A stretch of DNA of 64,000 nucleotides, taken from the NCBI GenBank assembly GCA_050953065.1, contig JBMNLZ010000002.1, forward strand, positions 288,001 to 352,000, in the 5' to 3' direction. Numbering within the stretch: position 1 is the first letter of the stretch; the number at the start of each line of letters is the position of its first letter. Below, piece after piece: positions 28,349 to 39,622 of the stretch. This DNA comes from Bacilli bacterium. GTDB taxonomy: Bacteria; Bacillota_I; Bacilli_A; ML615J-28; CAG-698. The translations under genes were made by a program, and so were the position numbers. The notes under the pieces are model-generated. The model was not told the origin of the DNA, ran no database searches, and saw nothing but the letters and a program-made list of their open reading frames with translations.

Positions 28349-30458
28349 TTATCTAAAAAACAATTATTTTATTTTTGTAATTGGCTTAATCTTTTTAGCA
28401 TTATCTTTAAATCATTACCATTATTTTTTCTTATATTTATTTTTTCTTTATTTTTTATACTCTAGATATAAAATTATATTTAGAGTATTTTTATTTATTA
28501 GTATCATCTTTTCACTTAATTTTTTTATTCATAAATATACATTCAAACAAACAGATATCAAAGAAGTTAAAGGAATAATTACTGATATCAAAGAATTAGA
28601 AAATTATAATAAAATTACAGTAAGAGATGGTTTTAAAAAGTATTATATTACTGATTTAAATAAAAAAGATTATCATTTAGGAATAAAGATCTATGTAAAG
28701 GGAGAAAATAAAAAAATTACTAAAAATAAAATTGCGATGGCTTTTAATTATCAAGAGTATTTAACTCATCAAAAAATAGTTGGTGTTATTAAAGCCAGTG
28801 AAATAAAGGTATTAAGTAATAGTTTTTCAATTTTATTTTTTAAAGAAAAAATAAATGATTATATAAACAATAATTTTAGTCAAGAAAATTTAATGTTTTT
28901 AAGAGCTGTTATTTTAGGAGATGATAGTCTTTTAACTGATGAAATAGAAGAAGATGTTAAGATAAATGGGATATCGCATTTGTTTGCGATATCAGGACTT
29001 CATATTGGGATTCTTGTTTTAATGTTAACTAATCTTTTTAAAAGAATAAAACTAAAAGATAAAACAATTAATATCATAATTACTATTACTTTATTTTTAT
29101 ATTTAGTTATTACAGCTTTTTCTTCATCAATTCTAAGAGCTGCTTTAATGTGGGGAGCAGTTACTTTAAATAAAAAATATAATTTAAAATTAAAAAGTTT
29201 AGATATTGTTTCAATTATCTTTATTTTATTAGTTATTATTAATCCGTTTTATATCTATAATATGGGGTTTGTTTTAAGTTTTCTAGCAACTTTTATTATT
29301 ATTTTAATGAATCCATTATTAAAGAATAAAAACAATGCTTTTCAAATTTTAATTTTAAGTATTGCAATTCAAATTGCAAGTCTACCAATTATGATTAATT
29401 TTAATTCTGAAGTTAATTTAGTTAGTTTTGTAAGTAATATTATTTATATTAATTTATTTTCTTTAATATTGCCGATTTCTTTTTTGGTTTTGTTTTTACC
29501 ATTTTTAAGTGGAATATATAATTATTTAATTATAGGTTTTTTTAAAGCAATTGATTTAACTAGTTATATAAATATTCCTTTTAGACTTCCCTTTTTTAAT
29601 ATCAATCTAACTTTTATTTATTATTTATTAATCGTTTTATTATGTGTTTTTTATTTTAATAAAAGTTTGAAAAATTATTTATCTTTTATGATAGTTTTAT
29701 TTCTTCTAATTGTTTCAAATATTTTATATTTTAATCCATCAAAAGAAATATATTTTTTTGCTTTATATAACGGTGAAGCAATTCTTTTAACTGATAGTTT
29801 TAATAAAATGAATTGTTTGATTGATACAGGGGATGGTAAAAATAAAGAAGTGAGTAGTTATTTAAAAAGAAAAGGCATTAAAAGATTAGATTATTTAATT
29901 TTAACTCATAATCATTTTGACCATAACGGTGAAGCGTTAGATATCATTAATAACTTTTATGTTAAAAATGTTGTAGTAAGTCAATTTGATGAGAGTAGAT
30001 ATGCATCTTTAAAAAACACTTTAAAAGTTAGGGCAGGAGATATAATTAAAGCTGGTGATCTTACTTTTGAAGTGCTAGCACCAAAAGTAAAGTCAACAGA
30101 TGAAAATGATAATAGTATAGTTTTAAAAGTTTTATTTGGAGAGTATAATTTTTTATTTCTAGGAGATGCTTCTAAAACGATAATAGAAGAGGTAGCTACT
30201 AAAGATTTAAAAGTTGATGTGATTAAGATAGCACATCATGGAAGTGCAACAGCACTATCACATCAAGCACTAGAAGTCTTAAAACCAAAGATTGCTATTA
30301 TTCAAACAGGAGAAATTGCTTATTTTGGTTTTCCAAGTAAAGAAGTAATTGAGAGTCTAAATTATTATAATATAAAAACATATAGAACGGATTTAGATTA
30401 TTCGATTAAATATAAATATCTTTTTAATAAAACTACATTTTTAATAGAGAACTTTTAA
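28317..30458 (+). CDS. comEC: DNA uptake channel ComEC/Rec2 with C-terminal MBL domain (start uncertain)
   Basis: GISHLFAISGLH, SILRA, THNHFDH, NDNSIV, HHGS. Confidence 0.93.
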   Translation: MLRLKIISVYNYLKNNYFIFVIGLIFLALSLNHYHYFFLYLFFLYFLYSRYKIIFRVFLFISIIFSLNFFIHKYTFKQTDIKEVKGIITDIKELENYNKITVRDGFKKYYITDLNKKDYHLGIKIYVKGENKKITKNKIAMAFNYQEYLTHQKIVGVIKASEIKVLSNSFSILFFKEKINDYINNNFSQENLMFLRAVILGDDSLLTDEIEEDVKINGISHLFAISGLHIGILVLMLTNLFKRIKLKDKTINIIITITLFLYLVITAFSSSILRAALMWGAVTLNKKYNLKLKSLDIVSIIFILLVIINPFYIYNMGFVLSFLATFIIILMNPLLKNKNNAFQILILSIAIQIASLPIMINFNSEVNLVSFVSNIIYINLFSLILPISFLVLFLPFLSGIYNYLIIGFFKAIDLTSYINIPFRLPFFNINLTFIYYLLIVLLCVFYFNKSLKNYLSFMIVLFLLIVSNILYFNPSKEIYFFALYNGEAILLTDSFNKMNCLIDTGDGKNKEVSSYLKRKGIKRLDYLILTHNHFDHNGEALDIINNFYVKNVVVSQFDESRYASLKNTLKVRAGDIIKAGDLTFEVLAPKVKSTDENDNSIVLKVLFGEYNFLFLGDASKTIIEEVATKDLKVDVIKIAHHGSATALSHQALEVLKPKIAIIQTGEIAYFGFPSKEVIESLNYYNIKTYRTDLDYSIKYKYLFNKTTFLIENF

Positions 30459-30535
30459 GAATAGTAATTGAAAAAAAAGTAAAAAAAAGATATAATATAT
30501 ATATATTATATTATATCTAAATAGGAGTAAATTTT

Positions 30536-31513
30536 ATGGCAGCAAACATTTATCTGTTTACAGGCAATGAAAAATTAATAACTGAAAATAGAATTAAAAA
30601 AATAATAACTGAAAATGAAATTGAAGATATGAATGTTGAAACATATGATTTAACATATGATAAAAAAAATGAAGCTGAAAACATTAAAATAACAGAAGTT
30701 ATTAATTCATGTTCAACTCCACCATTCTTTTCTCTTAAAAAAGCTGTTGTTATAAAAAACCCTACCTTTTTAACAACCACTATTTTAAACGATCTTGAAA
30801 AAGAGTTATTTATTAAATATTTAAACAATCCACTTGATTCTACGCTTTTTATAATTAACGCAGTTAACTTAAGACTAAATGAAAAATGTGAGATTGTTAA
30901 AACTTTAAAAAAGGTAAGTGAAACCAAAATAACTGAAATTAGTGAACAAGAGATGCATGGTTGGTTAGTAATGTATTTAAGGAAAAAGAATATTAATATT
31001 GATGAGGAAGCTAGAAAACTCTTTTTTGAATATGTTGGGAAAGATACCATAAAAGCAGAAAACGAAGCATTAAAATTAATGCATTATGTAGGAGAAAACT
31101 CTAGAGTTTATGTAAAAGATGTTGAAGCAATTGTTTCAAGAAGTAATGATATTCCATCATATGAATTAACTAATGCTATAGTTAATGGAAAAACTAAAGA
31201 AGCAATTGATAAATATCTAGCTTTAGTTAAAACTGGTGTAAAGGGTGAATTTATTTTTAGTATAATTGCTACTACTATGAAACGTCTTCTAATTGCTCAA
31301 GCAATGATTGAAGAAAAAGCAAAACAAAAAGATATTGCTCAAGTATTACAGGTTAGTGAAAACCAAGCATATTATATTATGCAAAATACTAAAAAACTTC
31401 CTAAAGAAAAAATTGTAAATAATATTATTCAATTAGGTGAATTAGATTATAAAGTTAAAACTGGTAAAATAGATTTAGAAACAGCTTTAGAATATTTAGT
31501 TTTTAAAGCATAA
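30536..31513 (+). CDS. holA: DNA polymerase III delta subunit
   Basis: IYLFTGNE, TPPFFS, KVKTG; conserved comEC-holA-rpsT synteny. Confidence 0.9.
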   Translation: MAANIYLFTGNEKLITENRIKKIITENEIEDMNVETYDLTYDKKNEAENIKITEVINSCSTPPFFSLKKAVVIKNPTFLTTTILNDLEKELFIKYLNNPLDSTLFIINAVNLRLNEKCEIVKTLKKVSETKITEISEQEMHGWLVMYLRKKNINIDEEARKLFFEYVGKDTIKAENEALKLMHYVGENSRVYVKDVEAIVSRSNDIPSYELTNAIVNGKTKEAIDKYLALVKTGVKGEFIFSIIATTMKRLLIAQAMIEEKAKQKDIAQVLQVSENQAYYIMQNTKKLPKEKIVNNIIQLGELDYKVKTGKIDLETALEYLVFKA

Positions 31514-31539
31514 AAAAACACCCTTAATTGGGATGTTTT

Positions 31540-31803
31540 TTAAGCAATAGAATTAATGCTTTTAGCTAAACGTGATTTAACACGACTAACATGATTCTTA
31601 TAATAGATACCTTTTGATACAGCTTTATCTAATTTTTTAGATGCAAAATTATAAGCTTCTTGTGCTGCTTTATGATCTTTAGCAGCTACAGCTGTTTCAA
31701 CGTTTTTAATAGCTGTTTTTACAGAAGATTTAAAAGCTGCATTTGCTAGTCTTTTCTTTTCGTTTGTTATATTACGCTTTGCTTGTTGTTTAATATTAGC
31801 CAT
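31540..31803 (-). CDS. rpsT: 30S ribosomal protein S20
   Basis: MANIKQQAKR...KLDKAVSKG. Confidence 0.97.
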   Translation of the reverse strand: MANIKQQAKRNITNEKKRLANAAFKSSVKTAIKNVETAVAAKDHKAAQEAYNFASKKLDKAVSKGIYYKNHVSRVKSRLAKSINSIA

Positions 31804-31919
31804 TTAAGTCACCTCCGAAATTTCACATAATATATTGTAGCAAGAAAATTGAAAAAATGCAAGAAATAAGTAAACTATTTTTTTAAAAAAAATAATTTAA
31901 GAAAAAATGAGGACAATAA

Positions 31920-33038
31920 ATGAAAAAAGAAGTAATAATAGTTGGAGCGGGAGCATCTGGAATCTTAAGTGCAATTTTAATTAAAAGAGAAAAACCAGAA
32001 TGTAATGTAACACTAATTGAAAAAGAGAAAAAAATTGCTAAGAAACTAAAAGCTAGTGGAAATGGGAAATGTAATTTATCTAATAGTGATTTAAACATTA
32101 ATTATTATAATCAAAAAGATTTTTTAAAAGAAAAGTTAAAAGAATTTGATTATGAGAAATTAAAGAATTTGTTTTTGTCATTAGGATTAATTATTAAAAC
32201 TGATAAAGAAAATAGAAGTTATCCATATAGTGAAAATTCTAAAACAGTACTAGATGTTTTAAAATCTAATTTGGATAATTTAGGTGTAAGGATAATTTTA
32301 GAAACTGAAATTATAAAAATAGAAAAACAAAACCGTTTTAAATTATATTCTAAGAAAGAATCATATGAGGCTGATTATGTAATTATGGCAGTAGGAGGAT
32401 GTGCTGCAGTTAATCATTTTAATGGATATGATTTATTAAAAGAGTTAAATCATAATTTAAAAGAAGTATCTTCTAGTTTAGTTGGTCTAATTACAAATGA
32501 AGATTTAAAAGAGTTAAAAGGAATTAGAACTAAAGCAAGAGTAACAGTTAAAGGGATAAAAGAAGATGGTGAAGTGCAATTTAGAGAAAACGGAATCTCA
32601 GGAATTGTAGTTATGAACCTTTCAAGATTAATTAATAATGGTGATGAGATTATTTTAGATTTAATGCCTGAATATTCTATTAAAGATTTAGAAAATCTTT
32701 TTAATGAAAAAGATCTTTTAAAAACTTTAGAAGGAATCTTTTTAAACCCACTTGCTTTTTATATTTATAATTTAGGAAAAAGTAAAAGTGAAGTAATTAA
32801 AAATATTAAAAATTTAAAGTTTACAGTAAAAGAAAAAGATTCACTGATTAATGCTCAAGTAACAAAGGGTGGAATTTTAATTAATGAAATTAATGATAAT
32901 TTTGAATCAAGAAAAGTAAGTGGTTTATATATACTAGGTGAAACATTAGATGTTGATGGAATTTGTGGGGGCTATAATTTACATTTTGCTTGGTTATCTA
33001 GTTATTTTGCTTGTAAAGATTTGATAAAAAAACTCTAA
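31920..33038 (+). CDS. HI0933/BaiN-family NAD(P)/FAD-dependent oxidoreductase
   Basis: VGAGASG, ASGNGKCN, QVTKGG, GETLDVDGICGGYNLHFA. Confidence 0.9.
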   Translation: MKKEVIIVGAGASGILSAILIKREKPECNVTLIEKEKKIAKKLKASGNGKCNLSNSDLNINYYNQKDFLKEKLKEFDYEKLKNLFLSLGLIIKTDKENRSYPYSENSKTVLDVLKSNLDNLGVRIILETEIIKIEKQNRFKLYSKKESYEADYVIMAVGGCAAVNHFNGYDLLKELNHNLKEVSSSLVGLITNEDLKELKGIRTKARVTVKGIKEDGEVQFRENGISGIVVMNLSRLINNGDEIILDLMPEYSIKDLENLFNEKDLLKTLEGIFLNPLAFYIYNLGKSKSEVIKNIKNLKFTVKEKDSLINAQVTKGGILINEINDNFESRKVSGLYILGETLDVDGICGGYNLHFAWLSSYFACKDLIKKL

Positions 33039-33091
33039 ATTAATTCTAAAAAAAGTAAAAAAATATTATTTTTGAAAAAGAATTATTTAAA

Positions 33092-33120
33092 TTGAAAAGA
33101 CTTAAGAAAAATGATATAAT
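33092..33120 (+). promoter_or_regulatory. SigA-type promoter of pgsA-recA
   Basis: TTGAAA-17-TATAAT with TG. Confidence 0.65.
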
Positions 33121-33137
33121 ATTTAAAGTGAAAGGTC

Positions 33138-33752
33138 GTGAACATCTTGAATCTACCTAATAAATTAACAATGTTAAGAGTTATTTTAATACCTGTAATT
33201 ATAGTGATTGGTTTAATAGAATCTTTAGATGTAATAATGTTTGAAGGAACAAACATTAGTATTGCAAGTTTTATTATTTTGATTGTTTTTGCAGTAGCAT
33301 CTTTTACAGATTTTCTAGATGGTTATATTGCAAGAAAATATAATTTGGTCACTGACTTTGGAAAGTTTGTAGATCCACTGGCTGATAAAATGTTAGTTGT
33401 ATCTACTTTAATCGTAATCTTTAATTTGAGTTTACTAGAAGGATATAAAGTCGCTTTATTTTTAGTCGCTGTAATTTTAATTATTATTAGAGAGTTTTTT
33501 GTTTCTGGAATTAGAATGATGGCAGCAACAAACTCTAAAGTTATTCAAGCAAGTAAATTAGGTAAGATTAAAACAGTTCTACAAATGGCGATGATTATTG
33601 TTATTTTACTTGGTAATTATCCGTTTTCATTAATCAATTTTGATTTTGATACAGTTTTAATTATTGCGGCTTTAGTTATGACAATTCTATCTGCAATAGA
33701 TTATTATATAAAAAATAAAGATGCTGTATTTAGTACAGAGGAAAGGAATTAA
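33138..33752 (+). CDS. pgsA: CDP-diacylglycerol--glycerol-3-phosphate 3-phosphatidyltransferase
   Basis: [16 protein letters not shown]...[11 protein letters not shown]. Confidence 0.96.
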   Translation: MNILNLPNKLTMLRVILIPVIIVIGLIESLDVIMFEGTNISIASFIILIVFAVASFTDFLDGYIARKYNLVTDFGKFVDPLADKMLVVSTLIVIFNLSLLEGYKVALFLVAVILIIIREFFVSGIRMMAATNSKVIQASKLGKIKTVLQMAMIIVILLGNYPFSLINFDFDTVLIIAALVMTILSAIDYYIKNKDAVFSTEERN

Positions 33753-33753
33753 T

Positions 33754-34755
33754 ATGGCAACACCAGATAAAGAAAAAGCAATTGAAGAAGCCTTAAAGAA
33801 AATTGAAAAAGAATTTGGAAAAGGCTCAGTTATGAAACTTGGAGAAAGAGTTTATGAAAAAATGGAAACAATTCCAACAGGCTCAATTTCTCTTGATATG
33901 GCACTTGGGGTAGGAGGATATCCTAAGGGAAGAATTATTGAAATTTATGGACCAGAAAGCAGTGGTAAAACTACATTTGCATTGCATGCAATTGCTGAGG
34001 CTCAAAAGCAAGGAGGCTATGCAGCCTTTGTTGATGCTGAGCATGCCTTAGATGCAAACTATGCAAGAGCTTTAGGTGTTGATGTTGATAATTTGATTTT
34101 ATCTCAACCTGATACTGGTGAACAAGCATTAGAAATAGTTGAACATTTAGTTAGAAGTGGAGCAATTGATATTGTTGTAATTGACTCTGTTGCAGCTTTG
34201 GTTCCTAGAGTTGAAATAGATGGTGAGATGGGAGATTCTCATATTGGTCTTCAAGCAAGACTTATGTCTCAAGCAATGCGTAAATTAAGTGGTGTTATTA
34301 GTAAGACTAATACTGTAGCAATCTTTATTAACCAAATTAGAGAAAAGGTTGGAACATATGGAAATCCTGAAACAACATCAGGAGGAAGAGCTTTAAAATT
34401 CTATGCAACAATTCGTTTAGATATTAGAAAAGGTGAACAAATTAAAAATGGCACTGAAGCTGTTGGGAATATTACTAAAGTAAGAGTTGTTAAGAATAAA
34501 GTAGCACCACCTTTTAAAGTAGTTGAAGTTGACTTAGTATATGGTCAAGGAATTTCATATGAAGCGGAATTGCTTGATTTAGCTGTTAAAACAGATATTA
34601 TTCAAAAGAGTGGATCATGGTTTTCATATGGTGAAGAAAAGTTAGGTCAAGGAAGAGAAAACATTAAAGACTATCTAAAAAAGAATCCTAATTTATGTAA
34701 AGAATTAGAATTAAAAATTAGAGAAGTAATTAAAATCGATGGAGATTTAGAATAG
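33754..34755 (+). CDS. recA: Recombinase A
   Basis: [25 protein letters not shown]. Confidence 0.99.
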   Translation: MATPDKEKAIEEALKKIEKEFGKGSVMKLGERVYEKMETIPTGSISLDMALGVGGYPKGRIIEIYGPESSGKTTFALHAIAEAQKQGGYAAFVDAEHALDANYARALGVDVDNLILSQPDTGEQALEIVEHLVRSGAIDIVVIDSVAALVPRVEIDGEMGDSHIGLQARLMSQAMRKLSGVISKTNTVAIFINQIREKVGTYGNPETTSGGRALKFYATIRLDIRKGEQIKNGTEAVGNITKVRVVKNKVAPPFKVVEVDLVYGQGISYEAELLDLAVKTDIIQKSGSWFSYGEEKLGQGRENIKDYLKKNPNLCKELELKIREVIKIDGDLE

Positions 34756-34896
34756 AGGACTTTAATCCTCTATTTTTTTAATTTATAAAAAAATATATTT
34801 AGTGTTGAAAAAAAACGAGTTTTATAATATAATTATTAGGTAGACCATAAATATTCAAATATCGAATATATGAAAATTTAATAATGGAGGTATGTT

Positions 34897-36483
34897 ATGC
34901 AAAGTTTAGGACTACTGCTGATCTCAACAGTAGGTAGTATTTTAATCTGTGCTATATCTTCCATTGTAATGCTAGGGATTGGATTCCTTTTAGGGCGATT
35001 CTTTGTTCGTAAAAAGTTTGAACAAGCCGGCAAAGATGCTGCCAGAATTATTGAGGAAGCTTCTAAAAAAGCAGAAGAAAGTCGTAAAGAAGTTTTACTT
35101 GAAGTAAAAAAAGAAACTTATCAATTAAGACAAGAAGCTGATAAAGAAATTAAAGAACGTAAAAAAGCAGTCGAAGTTTTAGAATTGAGAGTTGAACAAA
35201 GAGAAGAACGTTTAGATAGTCTAACAAAGAGTTTAGAAAAACGTTCAGAAACTTTGGTATTCAAAGAAAAGAAAACTGAAGAAAAAGAAGCTGAAATCGC
35301 TAAAAGGGCTAGCAAAGTGGAAGAATTGATAGCTGAACAAGAGAAAAAGTTGATTGAAGTATCCGGATTATCCGTTGAAGAAGCGCGTAAGCAAATATTA
35401 GAAAGAGTTGAAGAAAGTATAGCATATGAGATTGCTGCTTTAATTAAAGAGTCTGAAGAAAAAGCAAAACTTGAAATTAAGAAAAAATCTCAAAGTCTAC
35501 TAGCTAATGCTATTCAACAATATGCTAATGATGTTGTGAATGAAAGAACAGTTTCAACTGTTACTTTACCAAATGATGAAATGAAAGGAAGAATCATTGG
35601 TCGTGAAGGAAGAAATATTCGCGCCATTGAAGCCTCAACTGGAGTTGATTTAATAATTGATGATACACCAGAAGCTGTTGTTATTTCTTCTTTTGACCCT
35701 GTTAGAAGAGAAGTAGCCAAAAGAACTTTAGAGGCCTTGATTGCTGATGGAAGAATTCAGCCACCAAGGGTTGAAGAGTTAGTTGCTAAATTCAATAAAG
35801 AACTAGACAATGAAATTAAAGAAGCTGGTGAGAGAGCTATCTTTGATATTGGAATTGGAAAGGTTCATCCTGAATTAGTTAAACTAGTCGGAAGATTAAA
35901 ATTTAGAACAAGTTATGGACAAAATGCTTTAACGCATTCTTTAGAAGTAGCTTATCTTGCAGGAAAGTTAGCTGTTGAGATTGGTGAAAATGAACACCTA
36001 GCAAGAAGAGCTGGACTTTTTCATGATATAGGAAAAGCAGTAGATCATGAAGTTGAAGGAAGTCATGTTGATATTGGAGTTGATCTTGCTAGACGTTATC
36101 GTGAAAATAATACTGTAATTGATGCGATTGCATCTCATCATGGTGATAAAGAAGCCACTACAGTGATTGCTCATTTAGTAGCAGCTGCTGATACATTATC
36201 AGCTGCAAGACCAGGAGCAAGAAGTGAATCTTTAGAAAATTATATTAAACGACTTAACCAATTAGAAGAAATTTGTAATGAGTTTAAAGGTGTTGAAAAG
36301 TCATATGCTTTACAAGCTGGTCGTGAAATTAGGATCATCGTTAAGCCAGAGATGATTAATGATGTTGAAACATATAAACTGGCAAGAGATATTCGTTTAA
36401 AGATTGAAAATAATTTAAGCTACCCTGGGACAATTAAAGTTATCGTAATAAGAGAAACCAGAGCTCATGAGGTAGCGAAATAG
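34897..36483 (+). CDS. rny: Ribonuclease Y
   Basis: N-terminal TM, coiled coil, [13 protein letters not shown] domain, HD domain. Confidence 0.98.
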   Translation: MQSLGLLLISTVGSILICAISSIVMLGIGFLLGRFFVRKKFEQAGKDAARIIEEASKKAEESRKEVLLEVKKETYQLRQEADKEIKERKKAVEVLELRVEQREERLDSLTKSLEKRSETLVFKEKKTEEKEAEIAKRASKVEELIAEQEKKLIEVSGLSVEEARKQILERVEESIAYEIAALIKESEEKAKLEIKKKSQSLLANAIQQYANDVVNERTVSTVTLPNDEMKGRIIGREGRNIRAIEASTGVDLIIDDTPEAVVISSFDPVRREVAKRTLEALIADGRIQPPRVEELVAKFNKELDNEIKEAGERAIFDIGIGKVHPELVKLVGRLKFRTSYGQNALTHSLEVAYLAGKLAVEIGENEHLARRAGLFHDIGKAVDHEVEGSHVDIGVDLARRYRENNTVIDAIASHHGDKEATTVIAHLVAAADTLSAARPGARSESLENYIKRLNQLEEICNEFKGVEKSYALQAGREIRIIVKPEMINDVETYKLARDIRLKIENNLSYPGTIKVIVIRETRAHEVAK

Positions 36484-36510
36484 AAAGGTTTCCTTCGGGA
36501 AACCTTTTTT
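36484..36510 (+). terminator. Intrinsic terminator with UUCG tetraloop
   Basis: aaaggtttcc-ttcg-ggaaacctttttt. Confidence 0.85.
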
Positions 36511-36528
36511 AAATAAATAGGAGGCAGT

Positions 36529-37323
36529 TTGGAAATACTAATTATTGGAGATGTTTTTTCAAAATTAGGTAGAGCTTCTTTTGAAAAAAATCTTAAGAAA
36601 ATTAAAGAAACAAGAAACATAAATTTTGTTATAGTTAATGGTGAGAATACAACTCATGGAAGAGGCCTAAATTTAGGACACTATAAATGGTTTATGGAGC
36701 AACAAGTAAATGTTATTACATTAGGAAATCATGCTTTTCAAAATAAAAGCATTTTAACTTATATTAACGATGTTAATAATATTGTAAGGCCGCTTAATTT
36801 TCCAGATGAAGCACCAGGTAAAGGCTATGTTACAGTTAACTATAACGGTAAAAAAATTACTGTTTTTCAAGTTGTAGGCAATATTTTTATGAATGGTGAA
36901 CTTATGAAAGTAGGAGAAATCTCATCACCATTTTTAAAAGCAGAAGAATTATTAGAAAAGGTTGAAAGTGATATTTATATTTGTGATATCCATGCTGAGG
37001 CAACAAGTGAAAAAGTTGCTTTTGGTCATTACTTTACAGGTAAGATTGATATTATTTTTGGAACTCATACACATGTTCAAACATCTGATGCTAGGATTTT
37101 AAATAATGAAACAGCTTATATTACAGATGTTGGTATGACAGGGCCATTAGATGGCGTAATTGGTGTAAAAAAAGATATAATTATTAATAGACTTGTAAAT
37201 AAAAAGAATGCAGTTTTTTCACCTGAGGAAAAAGGTCAAACACAATTTTCTGCAATCATCGTTGAAATTGATGATAAAACAAACAAAGTTATTAAAATTG
37301 AAACGATTTTTATTGTTGAGTAA
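36529..37323 (+). CDS. ymdB: YmdB-family metallophosphoesterase
   Basis: IGDV, NGEN, GNH, HAEATSEK, GTHTHVQT; follows rny. Confidence 0.93.
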   Translation: MEILIIGDVFSKLGRASFEKNLKKIKETRNINFVIVNGENTTHGRGLNLGHYKWFMEQQVNVITLGNHAFQNKSILTYINDVNNIVRPLNFPDEAPGKGYVTVNYNGKKITVFQVVGNIFMNGELMKVGEISSPFLKAEELLEKVESDIYICDIHAEATSEKVAFGHYFTGKIDIIFGTHTHVQTSDARILNNETAYITDVGMTGPLDGVIGVKKDIIINRLVNKKNAVFSPEEKGQTQFSAIIVEIDDKTNKVIKIETIFIVE

Positions 37324-37448
37324 AGGAAATAAAAGGTGTTTGAAAACATTTTCATAAAATTTTATTTCTTTACTAATATATGTATTTATAATATAATAGG
37401 AATAAGTTATATTTTTTATATAACAAAATAAATAGAAGGAGAAAATAA

Positions 37449-38639
37449 ATGAAAAAATTATTTTTAGTTTTAATTATGTTAGTAAGTGCATTTACACTTT
37501 CTGCATGTAAGAAAAAAGAAGCTGAAACAGTTCGTTTTGCTTCAATTGGTCCTTTAACTGGTGCAGTATCAGTTTATGGACTTGCTGTTAAAAAAGGAAT
37601 TGAACTAGCTGTTGAAGAAATCAACAAAGCTGGTGGTATCACTTTAGAGGGTGGTGTTAAAAAATTAGTATCATTTGAAATGATAGATGATGAACACAAC
37701 GGTGACAAAGCAAAAACAGCGTTTAACTCTTTAAATAGAAAAGGACTTGACGTTTTAATCGGTGCTGTTACATCTGCTCCAACAGAAGCAGTTATTGCTG
37801 AGGCTATTAAAGTTGGTGTACCTATGATTACTCCAACTGGAACTGCAGATCATCTTACTGTAGGAAGTCCTGCAAATCGTGCAAATCGTCCAAATGTATT
37901 TAGAGCTTGTTTTTATGATTCACAACAAGGTCAAGTTATGGCAAACTTTGCTGCTAACACATTAGAAAATGTTTTTAAAATGGCAGTTTTCTATAACAGT
38001 GAAGATGCTTATTCAACTGGTTTGAAAGATGCTTTTGTTGCAAAAGCTGTATCTAATGGTTATTCTGCTGAAAAAATTAAATTGATTGCTTATACTGGTG
38101 GAACTGCTGATTTTACAACTCAAGTTGCACAAGTTACTTCTGGAAGTTATGATGCTGTATTCCTTCCTGATTATTATGAAGTTGTTGCAAATATTTTAAC
38201 TACATTACGTACTGCTGGATATACTGGTCCTTGTCTAGGTGTAGATGGTTGGGATGGAGTTTTAGGTCAATTTCCAACATCTGCTGATAAAGCAGTTTTA
38301 GCAAATTGCTATTTCTCAAATCATTATGCTACAGATGATGATTCTGAAAAAGTTCAAAACTTTATCGCAGCTTTTGAAGCAAAATATAATGAAACTCCAA
38401 ACTCATTTGCAGTTTTAGGATATGATGCTACATTTATTGCAAAAGCAGCAATCGAAGAAGCAGGAACTGTTGATTATGATGCAGTTATCGCAGCTTTAAA
38501 TAGTATTACAGTACCTTCAGTTACTGGAAATATTGCTTTTGATGATAATGGTAACCCAATTAAGAGTGCTGCAATTATCACTTTCGATAGCGAAAATGAC
38601 TATGCTTTAAAATTCCATTCAAGTGGAACTTCTGAATAA
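37449..38639 (+). CDS. livK: Branched-chain amino acid ABC transporter substrate-binding lipoprotein
   Basis: LSAC lipobox, GPLTG, FRACFYDSQQG; first gene of the liv cluster. Confidence 0.88.
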   Translation: MKKLFLVLIMLVSAFTLSACKKKEAETVRFASIGPLTGAVSVYGLAVKKGIELAVEEINKAGGITLEGGVKKLVSFEMIDDEHNGDKAKTAFNSLNRKGLDVLIGAVTSAPTEAVIAEAIKVGVPMITPTGTADHLTVGSPANRANRPNVFRACFYDSQQGQVMANFAANTLENVFKMAVFYNSEDAYSTGLKDAFVAKAVSNGYSAEKIKLIAYTGGTADFTTQVAQVTSGSYDAVFLPDYYEVVANILTTLRTAGYTGPCLGVDGWDGVLGQFPTSADKAVLANCYFSNHYATDDDSEKVQNFIAAFEAKYNETPNSFAVLGYDATFIAKAAIEEAGTVDYDAVIAALNSITVPSVTGNIAFDDNGNPIKSAAIITFDSENDYALKFHSSGTSE

Positions 38640-38657
38640 TAGTAATTAGATTTAAAG

Positions 38658-38686
38658 AATAGAAACCTATTATTTAGGTTTCTATT
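38658..38686 (+). terminator. Intergenic hairpin after the binding-protein gene
   Basis: aatagaaaccta / taggtttctatt. Confidence 0.6.
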
Positions 38687-38727
38687 TATTATTTACAAGT
38701 AATAAGATTTAAGAAAGGATAATTGGT

Positions 38728-39621
38728 ATGTTTGCTCAAAAATTTGTTGAGGGTCTAGTTGCAGGTTTGCAAATGGGAAGTATATATGCATTAATTGCAC
38801 TAGGATATACAATGGTTTATGGAATTGTAAAATTAATAAATTTTGCACATGGAGAGATCATTATGATTGGTGCTTTTGTTGGATTAGCAATGTCTAATTT
38901 AATTGGAGCAAATCCTTTTACAATGATAGTTAGTATGTTTGCATCAAGTGTAGTTTGTGCAATAGTAGCTATATTAATTGAAAAGATTGCTTATAAACCG
39001 CTTAGAAATTTAAAAAGAATTACTTCTTTAATTACTGCAATTGGAATGAGTTATTTAATTCAAAACATTTTTATGTTAATTGAACAAAACCAACAAAAAT
39101 CTCCAAGATTTATTACGTTTCCTATAGATACTCCAAAATGGCAAGTTGATTTATATACAACTTTGTTTACTGTTGGTGTTTCACTACTTTTAATGATAGG
39201 GTTAATGTTCTTTGTTCAAAAAACAAAAATAGGTAAATCAATGAGAGCAGTATCAGAAAATATGGATGCAGCTAAATTAATGGGAGTTAATGTTAATACA
39301 ACAATTACAATAACTTTTGCTTTAGGAGCAGTTTTAGCTGCGATTGGTGCATATTTTTATTGTTTAAGAATACCTTACTTTAAATATACTTTTGGTTCTA
39401 TTGAAATAGGAATTAAACCATTTGTTGCAGCAGTAGTTGGAGGAATTGGAAGTTTTCCAGGTGCTGTTGTTGGTGGTTATATAATTGGGATGATAGAATC
39501 GCTAATTGGAGTAACTGCAATAAGTAGATGGAAAGATGTTTTTGTATTCGGTATTTTAATTGTTATATTAATTGTAAAGCCAGAGGGCGTTTTTGGTAAA
39601 AACGTCGGACAGAAGGTGTAG
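38728..39621 (+). CDS. livH: BCAA ABC transporter permease
   Basis: GSIYALIALGYTMVYG, INFAHGE. Confidence 0.93.
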   Translation: MFAQKFVEGLVAGLQMGSIYALIALGYTMVYGIVKLINFAHGEIIMIGAFVGLAMSNLIGANPFTMIVSMFASSVVCAIVAILIEKIAYKPLRNLKRITSLITAIGMSYLIQNIFMLIEQNQQKSPRFITFPIDTPKWQVDLYTTLFTVGVSLLLMIGLMFFVQKTKIGKSMRAVSENMDAAKLMGVNVNTTITITFALGAVLAAIGAYFYCLRIPYFKYTFGSIEIGIKPFVAAVVGGIGSFPGAVVGGYIIGMIESLIGVTAISRWKDVFVFGILIVILIVKPEGVFGKNVGQKV

Positions 39622-39622
39622 T

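Noticed and set aside
30550-31050. Short overlapping or antisense ORFs in the track (also 6987..7433, 21372..21683, 5417..5623 and others)
   Set aside because: Antisense shadows of real genes or low-complexity AT-rich frames with no motifs or RBS.
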